Source of the DNA: Rhizaria sp. SCN 62-66 | Taxonomy: Eukaryota | DNA length: 33,975 nucleotides | Direction: 5' to 3' | Assembly: GCA_001724265.1 (NCBI GenBank) | Contig: MEDY01000068.1 | Span: 62,001-95,975, forward strand | Notes under the pieces: generated by a model | The model's database searches: none | Seen by the model: the letters and a program-made list of their open reading frames with translations, nothing else | What the model was told of the DNA's origin: nothing | Made by a program: the position numbers and the translations under genes | Shown here: positions 24,276 to 33,975 of the stretch, piece by piece | Position numbering within the stretch: position 1 is the stretch's first letter | Layout: every line of letters begins with the position of its first letter

Positions 24276-27200
24276 CTGGCGTAAGGGTGCCGCGCTGCGG
24301 CGAGTCCCCGAGCATGCGCCGCAGCACATACCGTGCCGCCGTGTGCGCAATCGCGACGCGCTGCTGCGCCAAAGCGCGTGCAGCGAGGCGCAGCACTGGG
24401 ACGCAGAGCACGCGCTTGACTGCCTCAGAGCTATCGGCGGCAGAGGCAGATGTGGCGGCGGACTTAGACTTGGTGGTGTAAGCCAGACCTGAGAGCGCGA
24501 GGTACTTACCCCAGTCTAAGGGGGGGCTTCGACCCTGCGTGCTGCTCTCTGCCTTCTTGAAGTGCGCGATCACAGTCGCTTCTAAGCGTAAGAGCGCGGC
24601 GACCGCGCTGTCGAGGTTGCTCATTCGCACGCAGTAGCTCGCCAGCGTCGCCGGCACGGCCGCGGTGTGCGCGGCCACGTCGGCGAGCACGGCCGCCGGA
24701 TGACTGCGGGCCGAGTGAGTGCGGGCCGGCGTGACGGACACGCACAAGCCGCACACACACCCAGTGCCATCACTCTTACCAGCGCCAGCGCCAGCGCCAG
24801 CGCCAGTGCCAGTGCCCGGAGTGTTCAGAGTGTTCAGACTCACGCAGGGCAGCGATAGCGCGGGCACTGGCAGAGCTGGGGAGTCGCTGTGCGCACTGCA
24901 AGACGCCACCAGCGTCGCGCCGTACCGCAGCGCGAGCGACGCGGCTTGACTTAGAACACATCGGAGCAGCGGGGTGGCCGCGAGCACGCGGCCCGTCGCG
25001 GATACGCTGGGCGCGGTGGCTGGCGCGATGAGGCGGGCCGCGGCAGCGGCAGCGGCAGCGGCGGCGCCGGCAACGGCCGCGAAGTCGCCGCCACTGCTGA
25101 TGTCGCCGTGGAGGCTCTCAGCGCTTCCATCGGAGTCGTAGGTGGACGGCGGGGGTACAAGAAACGGCGACACCAGAGTGGTCAGCGCGGTTTCCAGCGC
25201 AGGCGCGGACGCCGAATACGCAGCGGCAGCGGCGGCAGGGGAAGCTTCAGCAGTGGCGTTGGCGTTGTTGGCCTTTTCGGGACTGCCGCGGTTCGAGACC
25301 CGGTGCCAGTTGTCGCTGGCAACAGCTGCAGCGACGGAATCCGCGGTTGCAGCGGCAACCGCGCGGGCAAACGCCGCGACACGGTCACGGTCGCGGGCGC
25401 TGGCGGGCGCAGGCATGGTCGCAGCCGGAGCCGCAGTCGCAGGGACGCCCATGGCATCAACATTGACAATGTTATCAGCGTCGGTGTCGGCGTCAGCGGG
25501 GGTGATTGTGGTGGTGATGTTGACATTTAGATCGGTGTAAGTGGGTCCCGTGAGTGTAAGGGGCGGCGGGCGGTTGACTGGGGAACCGATGGTCTTCTTT
25601 GCGGTCGCCGAGTGTGAGGGCTGCGGGGTACTTAGACTCGGCTCGGAGGACGGGTTGACCGTGAGCCTGGTGCAGAAGGGTGAGAGACCACTTACACCTT
25701 GAACAACACCGCTGCCGTTGGCCGTGATCTGGCCCTCTTCGAGGATCTCGAGGCTGCCCTTGACGAGACCCTCGCCTTCTCCTTCCCCTTCACTGTCGCT
25801 GATGCTGCTGTTGTTGCTATTGCCGTTGCTCTTGCTGTGGGTCGCAGCAGCAGCAGCAGCAGCAGCAGCAGCACCGTTATTGCGGCCGAGCTTATTCGGA
25901 CTGAGGCCCTCACGCTCAGAACCGTCAGCAGGATCGTCATCATCGTCGTCGTCGGTGTTATCAGCACGATTGCTGCGGTTGTTGTGAACGCGATCATCGT
26001 CTTCTTCGTCGTCGTCGTAATCGTCGCTATTGTTCTGATTCACGACAAGATCGTTCTCATCGTCGCCGTTGCTGCTGCGCACGAGATTACCGCCGCCGTT
26101 GTCGTCGTCGTTGTCGTCCGGGTTGCTGCTGGGCTGCCAGTCGAGCCCCGACGCCACCGTGTCGTACGCCGGCGGCGGCAGCGCCCACGCCAGCGCCAGG
26201 CCCTCCTCGTCCGCCTCGGCAACGACGCCGACGCCGCCCGCCCCCGTAACGCCCGCTATGGCGCTGTGAGCCCCGAGGCCGAGGCTGTGTGAGCGGCTGT
26301 GGTTGGCGGAGTGGAAAGCGGTGAAGCTGACGCCGTTGTTGTTCTGAGAGAGGAGGAGGGGGGTCGTGATGCCGTCGTTGTTTTTGCTGCCGCAGGCAAC
26401 GGGACTGTCCAAGTAATCCTGCTGCTGCTGTTGCTGTTGCTGCTGCTGAATCAGCTGTTGTTGTTGTTGTGCGTATCCGGGTAAAGGAGTCGCAGGACTG
26501 CTAGAATGCGCACTTACATTCGCACTTCCACCGTTGTTAGAGGAGACGACGGTGGAGAAGGCCGGAGGTGGCTCCAGCTTAAGCGGTGTGTTAGATGAGT
26601 CAAGCTGCTGCATCTGGAGGGGCTTCACGGGGGACGCCTTCGAGGGGGTACTTAGACCGCCGTCTAAGGGGGTCGCTCTCGCAGTCGCAGCGCCAGCAGT
26701 GGCAGTGGCAGCGCCAGCAGAGGCGGCGGTGACGCCAGAGGTGGCGGAGGAAACGGCGGCAGCGGCAGGGTTTACATCAGTCAACGCAGCGGGGCGCTTA
26801 ACCTTGCGGATGATCTTCCGCTTAACTACGCTCTTCTTGACGACGCTGCTCTCAAGCTGCTTGTTGGCGTTTGTGCTGTTATCGTTGTTATCCTCGTCTT
26901 CATCCTCCTCTGGGACGGATGCTGCGACTACGCCGGAGCCTGCCGCCGCCGCGACGACGTTGACGCTCACACTCGGCCTCGCGCTCGCGGTCGCGCTTGT
27001 ACTGGCAATATTAGCATTGCTGGCGTTGGTTGCGAGGGTTTGGCTCGACGCGACGCCCTCGATGGGCCCCTGCGCCGCCGCGGCGGCCGCCTCCTTCTCC
27101 TTATAGTCCAGCAGCGCCGCCGCGCGCGCGGCCCGGCGGGCGTGGCGCGCCGCACGGTCCTTCTCCTCTTCCTCCTTAGTCTTCGGCGCCCGGTCTCTAT

Positions 27201-28027
27201 CACGGGGATTATCAAGGGGCCCGGCGCGGCTGCTGTCTTTGTCCTTGTCTTTGCGGTCACGGTCACGGTCAAGGCCTTTATCGCGGTGGTGGCTGCGGCT
27301 TACCGAGTCACGGTGGCCTTGTCCCGGCGAATGCGACTGAGACTGTTGCGACGAAGTACGTTGCAGCTGCTGTTGTTGCTGTTGCTGGTAATGCAAGCGC
27401 TTGAGAGCTGTGTACGTAGCTTGGTCGGCGACGCAGTACTTAGACTGGGCCGAAAACAAAGGCCGCTCGCCGATGCCCAGCGTGGAAGGTACACCACCAC
27501 TAGGAGCATTGAGACTAGAACTCCCACCTGACAACGAACTACTGTTATTGCTGTTGCTGTTTGAGCCAGTCGAGCCAGGAGCGCTCGCACCTCCAGCAGC
27601 TCCAGTCCCAGTCGCAGTCGACGGAACTGCCCCGTTGCTGTTGTTGCTGAGGGGAATCGCACTGGCCACGGAGGCAGCGGCGCTCTCCAGCGCGGCCCGG
27701 AGCACCCGAGCGTTCCCGGCGTTGGCGAACACCGTCGCCGGCGGAGTCGAAAAAGAATGCACGGTCGGCGCGGGGATCGAATCTGGGTACGGCGGGGGTG
27801 CGTCTGTGTAGAGCGCGCCTGCCGGCGCCCGCAGGGCCGTGTCCGTGGCCGTGACCGCGAGGGTCTGCTCCAGTAAATCCCGCTCGGGGTCGATGGCGCC
27901 CAGTGCGGGGAAGGTGGCCACGGCGCAGCGGGAGAGGGATTTGGCGGCCGCGGTCTCCAGGGCTGTGGCGGCCTCGCGGAGGGCGGTGGCGGTTGCCACG
28001 GCGCGCGCCGCGTCGGCCGCTTGATGC
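24276..28027 (-). CDS. Gene 3, exon 4 (low-complexity region followed by a helical C-terminal region)
   Basis: Frame of ORF 24220..28053. Acceptor ctgacattcgcag|G, donor CCAG|gtacgc. Confidence 0.85.
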
Positions 28028-28282
28028 CTGCGAATGTCAGTCGCGGAAAACAATAAAAGTGAGGTTTACGAGAGTATATGCATGCGCGTTAAATAAAAGC
28101 CAGTGTCTGATATAAAATACGCATAACTATGATTAAATACTACACTTTTCTGGAGTAAAAATCACATTCTTAGATAAATATGTCTCTTAAGAAAAGCCAG
28201 CAAAGAGCGACCACGTGTTCTTTGACATAAAATTTCGGTCAAAGCTATGTTGAAGAACGTATTATTGGTCAGTAAAACGTAC
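28028..28282 (-). other. Spliceosomal intron 3 (255 nt)
   Basis: GTACGT...CTGACATTCGCAG with a branch-point-like CTGAC next to the AG. AT-rich, phase-2 join LAR-HQAAD. Confidence 0.8.
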
Positions 28283-28707
28283 CGTGCAAGAAGGTTGACA
28301 ACGGCGGCCGCATACGTGGCCTCCGCCTTGCGCGCCGTCTCGGCCGACGCCACGAGCTTCAAGTACGTGTTGTTGAGCTGTTTGAACAGCGGCAGCACGC
28401 GTTTGGGGTCCAGTCGCACGAGACTTGGGTCGAGCCAGAGGTAACCGCGCACGAGGGGCGGCGCTTGCTCCATCGCCTGCGCCGCGGCGGCCGCGGCCGA
28501 GCTGACGAACTGCGCCGGCGTCAGCGTCGGCATGACGCCACCCGCCCCCGGCTGCTGCTGCAGCTGTTGTTGGCCGAGGGATAAGGGGGAGTCTAAGTAC
28601 TGGTTGCTATTAAGGTCTAAGTGGCCGGTTAAGGGAGTGCCGGGGGAGGAGTCGTCTAAGTACTTGTTGTTCGCGTCTAAGGGGGTCGGCCATTGGAACA
28701 CACCACC
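28283..28707 (-). CDS. Gene 3, exon 3
   Basis: Frame of ORF 28162..28701. Acceptor tttttag|GGT, donor CACG|gtacgt. Confidence 0.8.
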
Positions 28708-28864
28708 CTAAAAAAAGTAGTAAGATATGTCCACCAGATGTTAGTATCAAGACATGAATTTTGCATAAATAACAAATATCACAACAATACATAGTATATA
28801 ATAGTTTTAAGTGCAATGAATAGTATTAACATCGCCAAGCGTTTAGTGTAAAAAGATCGCGTAC
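28708..28864 (-). other. Spliceosomal intron 2 (157 nt)
   Basis: GTACGC...TTTTTAG, AT-rich, phase-0 join GSK-GGVFQW. Confidence 0.8.
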
Positions 28865-29345
28865 CTTTGAGCCATTGCGCACGTGGGGCGTCGTGACGCG
28901 GCTGCCCGGTGACTCGGCGACACCAAACGCGGCCCCCATGCCACTGTTAGCCGCACTGACGGACACCGACGTCGATCGCCCGCCCTTGCCAGAGGTGCCG
29001 TCGGCGCCGCTCGCCTGCTGCTGCTGCAGTTGCTGCTGCTGGAACTGTTGCTGGACCGGATCTAAGTACAAAGTGTGTTGTTGCGCGGCCATCGTCGCCG
29101 GTGAGGGCATGATAACGGCGTCCTGACTGGCTGCCATCGCCGCTGCCGCCGAGGCAGACTCGGCTGTGACGTTTAAGTACCCCCTTAAAAGCCGTCCGGC
29201 GAGCGCAGCGGCCTGGTCGTCGCCTTTCCCGCTGTATTCGAGCTCCAGCGCAGCCTGGACTTCGCGCGGGTCGCGCACAAACACAGTGTCTAGGGACACG
29301 TCGGCCAGGGTAACAGGCGCAGTGCGCACGTTCAGACCGTACGGA
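28865..29345 (-). CDS. Gene 3, exon 2
   Basis: Frame of ORF 28826..29329. Acceptor tttttgactcag|T, donor AAG|gtacgc. Confidence 0.8.
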
Positions 29346-29541
29346 CTGAGTCAAAAAGAGGGAAGCAATAAAAAAAAAAAAGAATCGGGACATTCACGTA
29401 AGTCAAGATATAGGCACAATCAAGACGAATCTCAAAAATACAATAAAAATAGCTATATTACAACAAATAAAATACAAATAATAATTGTTATTTCAATTAA
29501 TAACTACATCAGAGAGATATGTTTGTTTTAGTGAAACCTAC
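29346..29541 (-). other. Spliceosomal intron 1 (196 nt)
   Basis: GTAGGT...GACTCAG, very AT-rich, phase-2 join EAR-PYGLNVRT. Confidence 0.8.
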
Positions 29542-30686
29542 CGAGCCTCGGAGCGACGCGAGGTGAACTTGAGCACATAGTGCTGAAACTGTGTCATCGC
29601 CTCATGCCGCGCCATGATCGCGTCCCTAAGCTCCTTAGTAACGCCCGCATTGGCTTCGGTCGCCAGGGTCGTGGCGCGGTCCAGCGTGGCCGTGACGGAC
29701 TTAAGCGACGTGGCCAGCGCAGCAGTGGAGGACGCGCGCGCGTCCAAGGCAGCTACGACGCCGTGCACGCCGGCCGCAAGCGTCGCGCCCTCACCAGCGC
29801 GGCGGGCCGTGGCCGCAGTGGCAAACAGCGCGGCCGTGGGCTCGATGGCCTTGGCGAGCGCGCGCGAGTGCGAGTCCTCGAGGCTGGAGAGCTTGGCGAA
29901 GAGCGCTGAGAGCTGAGGCAGGGTATTGCGGCTGTCGCGGGTCTTGGCGAAGACGACTGCGGGATCGGGGAAAGAGCGGCGGACGCACTCGGCGCGGAGC
30001 AGGTCGCGCCGCAAGAGGCTCTGGTAGCGGGTTTTCTCCTGCGAAGTCGCAGTGCCAGAACTAGAACTACTTGAGGAGTTTGAGGAGTTCGAGTGGTTCG
30101 CGTTGCTTGCGGAGAGGACGGAGGCTGCCTTGGCCGCGAGGCGGTCGACGCGGGCGATCGTCTCGAGAGTGCGCTCCTCGGCGAACTCAAACGCGGTGAC
30201 CGCGGCCGTCGTTGCGGGCGATAACGCAGAGCCACCAGAGCCAGAGCCGCCGCTGCCGCCAGAGCCGGAGCCGGAGCCAGAGCCGGAGCCAGAGCCAGAG
30301 CCGGAGCCGTGTCCGCCGCTGCCTTGCTGCTGCTGCTGCTGCTGCTGCTGCGAGTCGCCGCCGAAGTGCGGGGTAAGGGAACTAGAGCCAGACGTAGCGC
30401 TGCCGTTGTTGCCCGAGAGTGAACGACTACTACTGCTGCTGTTGGTGTTATTGTTTGAGTTTGAGTTTGGACCGACTGCTGGGAAACGCTGTCGCTTCGA
30501 CGAGTACTCAAGTCGCTTGGTGTCCTTGGCGACAGTGCGCACAAGACATGCGTCAAAGAAATCCGCGGAGGGAATCAGCGGCGCTGGACTCATCGCAGAC
30601 GGGGATGACGAGAGCGCGGGCGATGCTGAGGGGGCCGCCAATGCAGACGCGGCGCCAGCCGCCGTCGCGGGGGGGCCCTGAGACAT
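29542..30686 (-). CDS. Gene 3, exon 1: large low-complexity protein (spliced CDS 6810 nt, 2269 aa), putative F-BAR-like N-terminus
   Basis: ATG at 30686 (MSQGPPATAAG). The five exons sum to 6810 nt in one frame. LSALFAKLSSLEDSHSRALAKA...EGATLAAGVHGVVAALDARASSTAALATSL resembles FCH/F-BAR helices. The domain call is tentative. Confidence 0.75.
30233..30350 (-). repeat. Hexamer tract (Gly-Ser repeat) next to a CAG poly-Gln tract in gene 3 exon 1
   Basis: On the plus strand, (R)GAGCC repeats are followed by (TGC)n. They translate on the minus strand as QQQQQQQQQGSGGHGSGSGSGSGSGSGSG. Confidence 0.85.
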
Positions 30687-30715
30687 TTCGGGCAATACTG
30701 AGTGGAGAACTTGTT

Positions 30716-30812
30716 CTGCAGAGAAAATAATTGCATATTTAAAAACAAAACTGTAGTAAGAAATCCGAATATCTTGGTTGTATTGCGCAAACACGATGCA
30801 CAGATCGCGTAC
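30716..30812 (-). other. Putative 5'-UTR intron of gene 3 (97 nt)
   Basis: The donor GTACGCGATCT is identical over 11 nt to the intron 2 donor. The body is T-rich and ends ttttctctgcag. The upstream exon has an in-frame TAA, so it would be non-coding. Confidence 0.55.
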
Positions 30813-31686
30813 TTCGTCTCCAAATCTCCCGTTCTTAATTCGTTTGAGGGGGAAGGAGAGGCGCCTGTCAACTGCGCGCCTCCTGTCCCACAGTCGTCAG
30901 AGCCTCCTTTTGGCTTCGTATCATCGTCGATATCTCTATGTAATCAGGACCCATGTTAGCAAAACTAAATTTGATGATACTTCAGTAGGTTGCATGTATG
31001 GCTACGCAGTTTTAACCCAAAATGTCAACATCTTGGGACATAAAACGCTTTTCAAAACGTCTGGATCTTTGATGATTGCGAACTTGCCTAAGAGAGCGAG
31101 ACAGACAGCCCGACCGGAGACAAAAACACTACAAAAGCCTGTATAAAGTCAGGCGCACTTTGTAATAGACTTGGTATCGCGGATAATAAATCTAACCATT
31201 GTATTCAACTTCACACCACAGCCGGGTAAAGCACGACAGTTGACATGAACTGCCGGCAGTTACTCTTGCGTTGAGGCCGAGTCCTCATACAATAGTACAT
31301 TCAACACTATATAATCAATCATCATGGAGTAAGAAAGAAAAAATAACAACGCGGGCAGGCAACAATGCAACAACACAACACTAATGTCGAGTAACAATTA
31401 AATATCTCCCCTAAATCAACAACGCACCACTCGAAAAACAAAACAAGGAAAACAAGGAAAAGCGTGATAAGCTTCGTCCGTACGTGTTAACTCACATACG
31501 GACTCAAACTTCGCTGACGTGAGCTTTTTCATGTAGTGTGTGTCTTTTGTCGCTTGCTGTTTGTCGCTGTGTTTTTTTCTTCAATGATATGCACTCAACG
31601 TAAAAACAAAAACAAAAACATACTCATCTCACCTACACACACGTCCCAATCTAAAACAGACCCTCTCAACGCTGTGACGTGTGTCC

Positions 31687-32625
31687 TTACTCGGTCTTCT
31701 TACTTGCAGCAACGCCGGTACCCTTGTTACCCGTGCTCTTATAATCAGCGACATAGTCGGTCGGGTCGCGGCCCTCATCCGGGTTGGCATCAGGCTTGCC
31801 GGCAAGCTGGTTCTTGAGCTTATCGTACACAGACTTGCCGGGCTGGTAGGCCGTGGGGTGCATGAAGCTGCCGCCGAGACGGTCCCAGAGCGTGAAGTAC
31901 TGTCCATAGTTGTAGTTGAAGTAGATGTGGTGGTCGGTGTGGTGCGCAGAGCCGTTAATAAAGGGCTGGAGCAGCGCAGGCACCTTGTAATTCTCATCGT
32001 GGATCGACGTGGACCAAATATTGACGGCGACGAAGAGGAACAGGTAGAGCCAGCGGTGCATAGGGAAGAGAAAGACGTAGATGTGGTAGGGTGCGGACTG
32101 GGAGAAGCCGTCGACGGGGTGGAACGCGTGGGACGCGAAGGGCGTGCAGATGATCCAGCGGTGGTGGGGCTTATGGAAGCGGCCGTAGAAGATGGGCAGG
32201 TGGAGCCAGCGGTGGATCCAGTAGATGCACATGTCGGTGAAAAAGAGGAAAAGCGGGACGGTGAGAATGAGGAACCAGATCCCCCACGGGTGATCGTCGA
32301 TGTTGTCGTAGAGCCGGGAGTAGCCGTGGACCTCGAGCACGAACAGGCACGCCGTCGGCAGCGCCATGTAAGGGATGGACCAGAGAGCGTACTTGATCTC
32401 GAGCCATTCCTGGTTCGGGATGAAGCGTTTATGCTGCCGCAGGGACTTGTCGAAGAGGAAATAGTGCGACAGAGCACCGGGGATGAGGTAGAGCAGTGAG
32501 CCACCGAAGCAGATGATGGCGATGAAGCTCACGTACTGACGGAGCACGTTGTCCACGGGCACAGAGGCCGGGTAGACGAACGGAGTAAAAAAGTACTCGT
32601 CCGCAAGGTCCAGGATAATGTCCAT
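31687..32625 (-). CDS. SC5D: Sterol C5(6)-desaturase / lathosterol oxidase (fatty acid hydroxylase superfamily), 312 aa
   Basis: Starts MDIILDLADEYFFTPFVYP. Has His boxes HRWLH, HKPHH and HHTDHH, plus the motifs TPFASHAFHPVDG and NYGQYFTLWDRLGGS typical of SC5D/ERG3. Intronless CDS, TAA stop. Confidence 0.97.
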   Translation of the reverse strand: MDIILDLADEYFFTPFVYPASVPVDNVLRQYVSFIAIICFGGSLLYLIPGALSHYFLFDKSLRQHKRFIPNQEWLEIKYALWSIPYMALPTACLFVLEVHGYSRLYDNIDDHPWGIWFLILTVPLFLFFTDMCIYWIHRWLHLPIFYGRFHKPHHRWIICTPFASHAFHPVDGFSQSAPYHIYVFLFPMHRWLYLFLFVAVNIWSTSIHDENYKVPALLQPFINGSAHHTDHHIYFNYNYGQYFTLWDRLGGSFMHPTAYQPGKSVYDKLKNQLAGKPDANPDEGRDPTDYVADYKSTGNKGTGVAASKKTE

Positions 32626-33975
32626 CGCTAAACCTCTGTTAGGGAAGTCAGGAAGGCGGAAAGGCAAACGCAGAAAAATACGGCGGACGGACGACAAGGC
32701 GCAAGTGAGTCACAAAAAGTGATATGCAGCGACGCAAATGACATTAGTTGAAATTAAATAAGACAGAAAATAAAGCAAGGTTTAGAGAGGGTGAGTGTAT
32801 ATCAGTTATATAAATATATACGCAGGAATTGTGGAGATAAACGTGGTTTCGTTGTTTGCGGCCGGCGGTTGCGGCTCAAATGCACGTGCTTGCGGAAGCG
32901 TCGGCTTTCGTCGGTAGAAGGTATATAACCAGAGTAACAACGCAGTTAAGAGAAGAAAACCGGATGTGGGGATTCCCGGCAATGCGCTCTATCTTGCACG
33001 TAAAATTCATAGTGAGAGGGACGCAGGGGCCAGCGCGGGAGAGACGGGGAGGGTGCGGCGTCTGGACAGGCAAACGAGTCTCGAGTGAGCGGGGTGCTGA
33101 GCCCAAGCGCGCACGCGTCAGAAACAGTGACTAAGGCCCGGAATAAAATAACATCCAAGTACAGACGCTAAAAAATCATGGCAAGGCAAAAGAAATCGCG
33201 CTGGCGATCGCATTTTGCCACAGCTCAAGTTCAAAACTCTGCCCGTCGACTGTGCCTGAGAGCCGTCGCTCTTGTGCCTGGCAAGGCAGCAGCAGGACCG
33301 ATAAAATAGTCTGGCTGCTAGATTAAACCAATAGTGGTGGCAGGTTGGGGGTCGAGGCCCTCCGATCGGGCAATGTCCAAAGTCATGATTTTATCGCCAA
33401 CAGAGCTATAATCACATTTGCGACGTTTAATTTGTCATGTGTTTTATAATTGTTAATTATAGCTCTTACAAGCTCGTTCTAACTGATGATCTCACCCTCA
33501 CTGGTACTGGCCCGTTTAGAGTCACAGAGCCGTCGCATGACAGCGACCGCCCCTGCCTCTGTGGGCGTTGAAAACGCGTCCCTGAAGGTGGATTTGTGTT
33601 CGCCTCATGGATGAACTGTGCGTTTAGTCTGGGCATTGCTATCTAGCTCGGGTTGAGTTTGTATGATGGCTCGTCTCGACCACCAGCCGCTTCTCCCACT
33701 TGACGTTGGGCAACACGACTTTCGTGCCCGCTGACGCGCCGGGCAACACAGAAAAGATCGGCTACGTCAAGTGCTCCAACTTGGGCGGCTTCAACGTGAC
33801 GATTCCTACCGTGGGTCCTTTCAAGCAGCTCCTTGTGACGCGCAGTATGAGCATGTATGTGGTGTCAGCATTTTTTGTCCGCCAAGCATGCCCGCCGCCA
33901 AGGCACGTTGTGGTGGGGCAGCTCTGAAGAAGCGGCGTCCGTTGTTTTATCCGTCCGTGGAGCCCCGGCAGAACG

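Larger units (their letters stand above)
23403..29190. repeat. Dispersed short quasi-palindromic motif (consensus GTCTAAGGGGGTACTTAGAC) within gene 3 exons
   Basis: Exact GTACTTAGAC at 23403, 23543, 25628, 26648 and 27436. Exact reverse complement GTCTAAGTAC at 28591 and 28654. GTCTAAGGGGG at 24514, 26662 and 28675. Near-complete copies at 23601-23619 and 29171-29190. Confidence 0.75.

Noticed and set aside
23403-29190. CRISPR array or intact transposon as the source of the short repeats
   Set aside because: The copies are irregularly spaced, partial, in both orientations and inside exons. No cas, transposase or reverse transcriptase ORF is present.
29538-29540. TAG ending ORF 29538..30794 as a fourth read-through site
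   Set aside because: It is part of the GTAGGT donor of an AT-rich intron, and splicing to 29345 restores the frame without readthrough.
31629-32504. Long alternative-frame and antisense ORFs (291 aa and 272 aa) over SC5D
   Set aside because: They are an expected by-product of strong GC3 bias in the real gene.

Overview
Eukaryotic, probably protist, nuclear DNA with four protein-coding genes separated by AT-rich spacers, plus AT-rich GT-AG introns. (1) A giant, apparently intronless secreted or surface protein on the minus strand (11004 to <1, at least 3668 codons, running off the window) with three ~720-aa internal repeats. (2) A ~2960-aa 53BP1/Crb2/Rad9-like checkpoint mediator on the plus strand (12831-21713) with a TQ/SQ cluster and tandem BRCT domains. 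(3) A five-exon, ~2269-aa low-complexity protein on the minus strand (30686-23099) with F-BAR-like helices. (4) A sterol C5-desaturase (SC5D/ERG3; 32625-31687). Main finding: genes 1 and 2 are interrupted only by single in-frame TAG codons (9466-9468, 16134-16136, 21195-21197) with the frame open on both sides, while all three visible gene ends are TAA. This suggests a variant nuclear code, or readthrough, in which UAG is a rare sense codon. Second finding: fragments of a ~20-bp quasi-palindrome (GTCTAAG-GGGGTA-CTTAGAC) recur inside coding exons in both orientations and in different reading frames.
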